Source: Candidatus Saccharimonadota bacterium
GTDB lineage: Bacteria > Patescibacteriota > Saccharimonadia > CAILAD01 > BJGX01
Direction of reading: 5' to 3'
Assembly: GCA_046350735.1 (NCBI GenBank)
Contig: JAXLZU010000001.1
Location: 204,530 to 268,529, forward strand
Length of the DNA stretch: 64,000 bases
Every line of letters begins with the position of its first letter. Position 1 is the stretch's first letter. The position numbers and the translations under genes are program-made. The notes under the pieces were generated by a model. That model was not told the DNA's origin and did no database searches. It saw only the letters and a list, made by a program, of their open reading frames with translations. Below are positions 57,429 through 64,000 of this stretch, piece by piece.

Positions 57429-57517
57429 ATTCGTACATATAACGACAATAATTGCTACTAGCTCCTTACTCTTAAGCTTGATACAATATAAGCATAAGAT
57501 TAATCAGGAGACCGTCA

Positions 57518-58528
57518 ATGATTCGAGTTGCAATAAATGGTTTTGGTCGTATTGGCCGCAATGCTTTTAAAATAGCTTTTCTAAAAAAAGATATAGAAAT
57601 TGTTGCTATTAACGATCTTACCGACAATGCAACCCTGGCCCACTTATTGCGACATGATAGTAATTATGGGCATTATAATAAAATGGTTAGCTCTGACGAT
57701 AAGCATATTATTGTCGATGGTAAAAAGATTGTTGTTACCTCAGAGCCAGACCCAGCTAAGTTACCATGGAAAGAACTAAAAGTAGATATAGTTATTGAGT
57801 CTACCGGATTCTTTACAAAAGATGATGCATCTATGGCGCATATTAAGGCTGGAGCTAAGAAGGTAGTGGTGACTGCTCCTGTAAAGGGTGAAAGCAAACA
57901 GGCTAAGACATATGTAATAGGTGCCAACGAGTCTGAGATGAGTGGTGATTATCCAATTATTTCGAATGCTAGTTGTACTACTAATTGTATTGCACCCATT
58001 ATGGCAATTCTTAGTAAAGAGATTGGTATAGAAAAATCACTCATGACTACTGTTCATAGCTATACGGCCAGTCAGGCCTTGCAGGATGCGCCTAACAAAG
58101 ATTTGCGTGAGGGTAGAAATGCAGCCGAGAATATTGTGCCGACTACCACTGGTGCGGCCATTGCCGCAGCATTAACTGTGCCAGAATTACAAAATGTGTT
58201 TGACGGACTAAGTATACGAGTTCCTACCCCGGTAGTTTCACTAAGTGATATTACATTTTTAACTAAGCGTGATACTACCGTAGAAGAAATTAATGAGATT
58301 CTCAAAAAGGCTTGTCGTGGCACTCACAGAGGAGTACTGGACTGCACCGAAGAAGAATTGGTAAGTCGTGATTTTATTGGTGACCCTCATAGCTGTATAG
58401 TCGATCTCAAGCTTACTAATGTGGTAGCTGGTAATCTTTGTAAGGTAGTTGCTTGGTACGATAATGAGTGGGGGTATAGCAATCGTCTTGTAGAAATGGT
58501 AGGGCATGTAGGAAAGGCACTAAAATAA
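57518..58528 (+). CDS. gap: glyceraldehyde-3-phosphate dehydrogenase
   Basis: INGFGRIGR, NASCTTNC, WYDNEWGY. Confidence 0.98.
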   Translation: MIRVAINGFGRIGRNAFKIAFLKKDIEIVAINDLTDNATLAHLLRHDSNYGHYNKMVSSDDKHIIVDGKKIVVTSEPDPAKLPWKELKVDIVIESTGFFTKDDASMAHIKAGAKKVVVTAPVKGESKQAKTYVIGANESEMSGDYPIISNASCTTNCIAPIMAILSKEIGIEKSLMTTVHSYTASQALQDAPNKDLREGRNAAENIVPTTTGAAIAAALTVPELQNVFDGLSIRVPTPVVSLSDITFLTKRDTTVEEINEILKKACRGTHRGVLDCTEEELVSRDFIGDPHSCIVDLKLTNVVAGNLCKVVAWYDNEWGYSNRLVEMVGHVGKALK

Positions 58529-58541
58529 CTAGGGAGATGCT

Positions 58542-58994
58542 ATGACAATATACATCTCTTCAGACCACGCTGGGTTTGTAAAAAAACACCAACTCTCAGA
58601 GCGCTTGGCGAAAAATTACGAGGTAGTAGATTTGGGCCCAGAAGTACTAAACCCAAATGACGATTATCCTGAATTCGCCGAGCGAGTAGGAAATGCCGTA
58701 GTATTAGACAAAAGTAGCCTTGGTATTATTTTATGTAAAAGTGGTGAGGGGGCAGCAATGGCAGCTAATAAAATACATGGTGTACGAGCAGCATTGGTGT
58801 GGGAGCCGCATCTTGCCATCGAAACAAGAAGTGATAATGATAGTAATGTTTTGGCCTTGCCGGCTGATGAGTTAAGTGTAGACAAGCTTGAAGAAATTGC
58901 TAACAAATTTATCACTACTCCGTTTTCTGGTGCTGAGCGACATAAGCGAAGAATTGCTGAGATACAACAAATAGAGGACGAACAAAAGGACTAA
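58542..58994 (+). CDS. rpiB: ribose-5-phosphate isomerase B
   Basis: SDHAG, DDYP, LC.SG.G..AANK, RH.RR. Confidence 0.92.
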   Translation: MTIYISSDHAGFVKKHQLSERLAKNYEVVDLGPEVLNPNDDYPEFAERVGNAVVLDKSSLGIILCKSGEGAAMAANKIHGVRAALVWEPHLAIETRSDNDSNVLALPADELSVDKLEEIANKFITTPFSGAERHKRRIAEIQQIEDEQKD

Positions 58995-58995
58995 G

Positions 58996-59643
58996 ATGAG
59001 CGTGAAGATTGTTCCAGCCATACTGACCGATTCAGTAGATGAGCTCAATACACAATTGCGTATTGCCCGGCAATTAACCGATAGAGTTCAAATAGATATT
59101 ATTGATGGCGAATACGTAGACAACACAACTATTCAGCCTGAAGATATTCAAAAGCCAATCGACTCTAAGTTAGATCTCCACTTAATGGTGAATGATGTAA
59201 TGGGCTACATTACTCAATGTATCAGTCTCAATCCGCACACTATTATTTTTCAGTTTGATGCCCTTCGGTTACAGAGGGATATTTTGGAGGCTATCGATGC
59301 AATTAAGTCTGCAGGATTTAGGGCGGGTCTTGCAATAAATCCCGAAGTCGAAGTTGCAACAATTGAGAAATTTATACCCAAGATAGATCATGTGCTCATT
59401 ATGGGTTATCCTGCCGGTTTTGCTGGTCAAAAGTTTCAGCGTGCGGTAATAGACAAGGTCGCTTTGGTACGGGCAATTCGACCAGACATAGAAGTTGGTA
59501 TTGATGGCGGGGTAAATCACCAGACTCTAAAAGTTGTGGCTAGTGGTGACTTTGATGTGGTAAATGTTAATACGTATCTTTTTCATAACCACGAGTCCGA
59601 TCCGCTCACAGTGTATTCACAACTATTGGAGGCTTTATTGTGA
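58996..59643 (+). CDS. rpe: ribulose-phosphate 3-epimerase
   Basis: DIIDG, DLHLMV, GLAINP, GFAGQKF, IDGGV. Confidence 0.9.
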   Translation: MSVKIVPAILTDSVDELNTQLRIARQLTDRVQIDIIDGEYVDNTTIQPEDIQKPIDSKLDLHLMVNDVMGYITQCISLNPHTIIFQFDALRLQRDILEAIDAIKSAGFRAGLAINPEVEVATIEKFIPKIDHVLIMGYPAGFAGQKFQRAVIDKVALVRAIRPDIEVGIDGGVNHQTLKVVASGDFDVVNVNTYLFHNHESDPLTVYSQLLEALL

Positions 59644-60533
59644 TAGAGCAACCTCTTGATATTAAGTCTCTAGAGTTAAAAGCCGACGAAATACGCATGG
59701 ATATTATTACTATGCTTACTCATGCTGGTAGCGGCCATAGTGCCGGTCCACTGGGTATGGCAGATATTTTTACCGCACTCTATTTTGGTGGACTAATGAG
59801 TTACAATGCAAAAAATCCCAACTGGCCAGACCGCGATCGTTTGGTGCTTAGCAATGGGCACATTAACCCTGTACTATATGTTGCAATGGCACATGCGGGT
59901 TATTTTGCGCGTAGCGAGTTAAAAACCTTGCGGCAATTCGGTACACGCTTACAAGGTCATCCAGAGAGACTACGTCTACCTGGTTTAGAGACCACCAGTG
60001 GGCCGTTAGGGTCTGGACTTAGTCAGGCATCTGGTATGGCGTATGGTCTGCGTATGGATAATCAAAAGAAACCACATATTTTTTGTCTTACAAGCGATGC
60101 TGAAATACAAGAAGGAAATTATTGGGAAGCCGTAATGTTTGCTGGCAAAAACAAGCTGCACAATCTATGCGCCATAATCGATCGCAATAACATTCAGATA
60201 GATGGTTTTACAGAAGATGTCATGCCACTCGAGCCGCTAGCAATGAAGTTACAGGCATTTAATTGGCACGTATTAGAAATTGATGGACATAACTTCGAAG
60301 AAATTGCTGCCGCCATAGGCCAGGCACGGGCGATTTTCGAAAAACCAACTGTTATTATTGCTCATACAATTCCGGGTAAAGGAGTAGATTTTATGGAAAA
60401 CGATTGGCGTTGGCATGGTACTCCACCAGACAAATCAGATATTCCAGGTTCACCACCAGTCAGCGACCAGGCCAAAGTTGCTCTTGCCGAGCTTAGAACA
60501 CTAAAAGGAAAGATACAAAGTGAACATCAATAA
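59640..60533 (+). CDS. transketolase N-terminal subunit
   Basis: GSGH, DRLVLSNGH, LQGHP, GPLGSG, D.E.QEG, WHG. Confidence 0.95.
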   Translation: MIEQPLDIKSLELKADEIRMDIITMLTHAGSGHSAGPLGMADIFTALYFGGLMSYNAKNPNWPDRDRLVLSNGHINPVLYVAMAHAGYFARSELKTLRQFGTRLQGHPERLRLPGLETTSGPLGSGLSQASGMAYGLRMDNQKKPHIFCLTSDAEIQEGNYWEAVMFAGKNKLHNLCAIIDRNNIQIDGFTEDVMPLEPLAMKLQAFNWHVLEIDGHNFEEIAAAIGQARAIFEKPTVIIAHTIPGKGVDFMENDWRWHGTPPDKSDIPGSPPVSDQAKVALAELRTLKGKIQSEHQ

Positions 60534-61511
60534 AGCACAGAAACTACATTCTGGCCTGTTTCAGGGCAAGGTCGAAATGCTGCCAATTCGTAAGGGTTTT
60601 GGCGAGGGGTTACTAGAGGCTGGTAAAGAGAATGAGAGTATTGTAGCGCTTAGTGCCGACCTTACAGAGTCTACACAAATGCAGGCCTTTGCCGAAGTTT
60701 TTCCTGACCGTTTTATAGAGATAGGTGTAGCCGAACAAAACTTGGTTACCATTGGTTCTGGCCTAGCTGCTGTTGGAAAACAACCGTTTGTTACTAGCTA
60801 TGCAGGCTTTAGTCCTGGTCGAAACTGGGAACAAATTCGTACCACAATCTGTCTTAATGATAGAAACGTCAAGATTGTAGGATCGCATGCCGGGGTTTCT
60901 GTTGGCCCAGATGGTGCAACCCATCAAATGCTCGAAGATATTGCGTTAATGAGAATACTGCCGAATATGACAGTTGTTGTGCCAGCAGATAGTGTAGAGG
61001 CAAAAAAGCTACCTTGGCTTTAGCTAAAACCCAATCGCCAGCCTATTTGCGATTAGCTCGCGAGAAGACCGCAGTTATCTTTACCGATGACTCACCGTTT
61101 ACCATAGGTAAAGCCGAAGTGTTGGCAGTCGGTAGTGATGTGACAATTGTAGCCTGTGGGCCAATGGTGTATGAGGCGTTAGTAGCAGCAAATAACTTAG
61201 CAAAACATCACCTAAGTTGCGAAGTAATTAATTGCGCCACCATTAAGCCACTCGATGCTAAAACTATTTTGCAGAGCGCCAAAAAGACCCGCAGAGTTAT
61301 TACTGCCGAAGAAGGTCAGGCGGCTGGCGGCCTTGGCGGTGCTGTAGCCGAATTACTAAGTAGTCAGTTACCTACCCCGCTACACATTGTTGGTGTACAA
61401 GACAGATTTGGTCAGTCTGGCGAAGTTACACAATTATGGCACGAGTATCAACTCGATGCTCATGCAATTATGCAATCAGCCATGAAGATAATGAATAAAG
61501 GTAAGCAATGA
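60520..61511 (+). pseudogene. transketolase C-terminal subunit interrupted by a -1 frameshift (recoding, mutation or assembly error)
   Basis: ADL, GVAEQN, GPDGATHQ in frame 1; PAYLR..IKPLD..GGLG in -1 frame; join at AAAAAAG 61002-61008. Confidence 0.8.
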
Positions 61512-62479
61512 ACTCTCCATTACTAGTATATGGCTCGACAGGGTTTGATATTTTTGCTGTCAGTAAAAATTTTCGTGGTCAGGGTGAAGGTGTCGAACAA
61601 ACTGTTATGTTTGATCATCCTAGCCAAATTTGGCTTGACAATGCGATTACCGAGCCAGGAGGTTCTGCATTACTTGCAGCAATTACCATTGCTCGTCAGT
61701 CTATTGAGACCAATTTACTAACTGCAATTGGTAGTGATGCACCTGGTAAAGCCCTCAAGAAGGTTATACAAGAAGAAAATATTAATGAGAGTGCTATTTA
61801 TCAGACAAGCTCGCATGGTAGTGATACACATATCCACCTTACCAGCTCAGGAAGAGACCAAACAACTCTGCATTATACTGGTGCCTTCCTCTCACTTGGA
61901 AAAAAAGAAATAAATAGCAATGTACTGCCATTTCGATGGCTGCATATTGCAGACATACCTCCAGACAAAAAGACACTGCAGGCTTTACTTGCTCTAGCTA
62001 ATAAAGCCAGTGCCCGAGTTTCTATTAATCCGCGTTATGTACATACCTACCATAGCAGTTGGCTGATTAAGGTATTTAAAGAATGTGATTGGGTATTTAT
62101 TAATCGAGACGAGGCTAGCTTGTTATTGGGTGGCTATTTTTCTTTGCGCGAGGCAGCAGAGAAGCTACAAGCATCTGGAATTTCTGCTGGCGTGGTGTAC
62201 GATAATATAGATGGGTCTGCTACATTCTATGCCAATAATATCTACGAGGCAGGCCTTTATGGCAACTCTAAAATGCTCGAGCCCTCCGGCGGAGAAGCGG
62301 TCTTTAGTGCAGCATTTGTAGCAGCAACACTGCAAGAAAAAACTATCGAAGAAAGAATTACTACGGCTAGTGCACAAGCCGCCTCGGTAAAAAGTATTGT
62401 TGGTGCTCGCTCTGCAATATTAAAAAAACCCGCACTACGAACATTAAAAATAATCGCAACGAAAGGATACCCACAATGA
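61508..62479 (+). CDS. PfkB-family protein with degenerate catalytic motif
   Basis: PGG..A..AR, FINRDEA, EPSGGEAVF instead of DTTGAGD. Confidence 0.75.
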   Translation: MNSPLLVYGSTGFDIFAVSKNFRGQGEGVEQTVMFDHPSQIWLDNAITEPGGSALLAAITIARQSIETNLLTAIGSDAPGKALKKVIQEENINESAIYQTSSHGSDTHIHLTSSGRDQTTLHYTGAFLSLGKKEINSNVLPFRWLHIADIPPDKKTLQALLALANKASARVSINPRYVHTYHSSWLIKVFKECDWVFINRDEASLLLGGYFSLREAAEKLQASGISAGVVYDNIDGSATFYANNIYEAGLYGNSKMLEPSGGEAVFSAAFVAATLQEKTIEERITTASAQAASVKSIVGARSAILKKPALRTLKIIATKGYPQ

Positions 62480-63480
62480 AATCCAAACTACAAATGCTTG
62501 CCGTTGGCGATGTGGTAACTGACGCTTTTATTAGACTCTTGCCAGCCGAAGCCGAGATAGAGCACGATGCTAAGCGACACCCATTATTATGTATGACGTA
62601 TGGAACAAAAATTCCTTATGAAGAAGAAATAGAGGTACCGGGGGTTGGTAATGCAGCTAATGCTGCAGTAGCGGCATCAAAGCTGGGTATGCAAACAGGA
62701 TTTTTAAGCGATGTAGGCTCTGATGAGGTTGGTGAGAAGATTATTCGAAGCTTGCATGCTCATAAAGTATCGACAGAGTTTGTCCGGGTACATATGGGTC
62801 TACGCAGTAATTACCATTACGTATTGTGGTATGGTGCCGATAGAACCATTCTTATCAAGCACGAAGATTATCCGTATAATTGGCCAGAAATTAGATCGTA
62901 CCAAAAGCCAGAATGGATCTATCTTAGCTCAATTGCTGAGAGTGGCGAGCCAATCCATCGTGGGCTAAGCAAATATCTTAAGGAAAACCCAGAGATTAAA
63001 TTTGCGTTTCAACCAGGCACGTTTCAGATACGTGAAGGCCATACCAAATTATCTGGCCTATATGAGCGTTGCAGTATATTTGCTGCTAACAAAGAAGAAT
63101 TTCAGCAGATCTTACACTCTACTAGCTCGAGCGAGAAAGAACTTATTACCAAGATGCACAAGCTTGGTCCCAAAACAGTTTTACTCACAGACGGGCCAAA
63201 TGGCGCATTTGCCTCAGACGGCACCAGAATAGTCTTTATGTCACCATATCCAGACCCTCAGCCACCGGTTGATAGAACAGGTGCCGGCGATGCCTACGCC
63301 ACTACCTTTACTGTGGCTATAGCCAAGGGGCATAGTCTCGAAGAAGCTCTGGCCTGGGCAGGTATTAACTCTATGGGGGTTGTGCAAAAAATCGGTGCCC
63401 AAGCTGGCCTACTAACTTCTGCCGAGCTAAAGCACTATTTGGCAAAAGCACCAAAAAGCTATACGGCCAAAGAAGTATAG
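62476..63480 (+). CDS. PfkB-family carbohydrate kinase
   Basis: GNAANAAV..KLG, NKEE, TDGPNGA, DRTGAGDAY. Confidence 0.92.
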   Translation: MKSKLQMLAVGDVVTDAFIRLLPAEAEIEHDAKRHPLLCMTYGTKIPYEEEIEVPGVGNAANAAVAASKLGMQTGFLSDVGSDEVGEKIIRSLHAHKVSTEFVRVHMGLRSNYHYVLWYGADRTILIKHEDYPYNWPEIRSYQKPEWIYLSSIAESGEPIHRGLSKYLKENPEIKFAFQPGTFQIREGHTKLSGLYERCSIFAANKEEFQQILHSTSSSEKELITKMHKLGPKTVLLTDGPNGAFASDGTRIVFMSPYPDPQPPVDRTGAGDAYATTFTVAIAKGHSLEEALAWAGINSMGVVQKIGAQAGLLTSAELKHYLAKAPKSYTAKEV

Positions 63481-63521
63481 TCTGGTAGTCTAGGGTAACT
63501 GTCTTTGCTATAATACTTCTT

Positions 63522-64000
63522 ATGCTAGATCTTATTATTATAGGTGGTGGCCCAGCCGGAATGACGGCTGGTGTATACGCAGCCCGAAAAAAACTTAAAA
63601 CTCTCATGCTTACAAAAGACATTGGTGGACAAGCAGCGTGGAGTAGTGATGTAGAAAATTATCCTGGTTTTACAATGATTAAAGGAGTAGAGCTAGCCGA
63701 AAAATTCGAGCATCATCTCGAGCAATTTTCTGATGTACTCGAGCTACGACTGGTAAATAGTGGGGTCAATAACATAGAGAAAGTAGATAATTACTTTGTT
63801 GTAACGACAGCAGATAAGAAGACCACCCATGCTCGGGCAGTAATTATAGCTGGTGGAAAGTTGCCACGACCGCTTGGTGTTTCCGGCGAAAAAGAGTTTC
63901 TTAACAAAGGGGTTACTTACTGTGCTTGGTGTGATGGGCCACTGTTTGCTGGCAAAGATGTAGTAATTGTTGGTGGAGGTAACTCTGCCCTAGATGCCGC
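63522..64000 (+). CDS. thioredoxin reductase/AhpF-like flavoprotein, truncated by window end
   Basis: [39 protein letters not shown]. Confidence 0.9.
   Translation, partial: MLDLIIIGGGPAGMTAGVYAARKKLKTLMLTKDIGGQAAWSSDVENYPGFTMIKGVELAEKFEHHLEQFSDVLELRLVNSGVNNIEKVDNYFVVTTADKKTTHARAVIIAGGKLPRPLGVSGEKEFLNKGVTYCAWCDGPLFAGKDVVIVGGGNSALDA

Overview
Chromosomal segment of a reduced-genome bacterium, inferred to be Patescibacteria/CPR (probably Saccharibacteria-like). The inference rests on gene content and order: short AlaRS, hinge-less SMC, rpmF-nusB-NUDIX-rnc, rpsP-khpA-trmD without rimM, and gap-rpiB-rpe-split tkt-2x pfkB. TGA is used as stop, so code 11. The window holds housekeeping genes (mnmA, alaS, ftsA-like, ruvX, mltG, obgE, murF, leuS, rnc, smc, trmD, queA, tgt, xth, gap and others), tRNA-Ala(GGC), tRNA-Gln(CTG), and many single orphan genes. 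No integrase, transposase, reverse transcriptase or CRISPR array was seen. Main observations: (1) Two expression grammars. Core genes look leaderless, whereas about 15 mostly orphan genes are stand-alone units of -35/-10 promoter, shared GYACC(Y)-A-rich boxA-like leader motif, strong SD, ORF and often a related terminator. (2) A tRNA-adjacent protein with 13.4 x 63-bp LRR-like repeats hypervariable at four codons with an AAY-like pattern. (3) Two leader-peptide attenuators missed by the ORF track. (4) A promoter-driven ~190-nt RNA with crossing helices. (5) A two-copy ~120-nt palindromic element with compensatory changes. (6) A transketolase split exactly at an in-frame A_AAA_AAG. All calls are by eye; no searches or folding programs were run.
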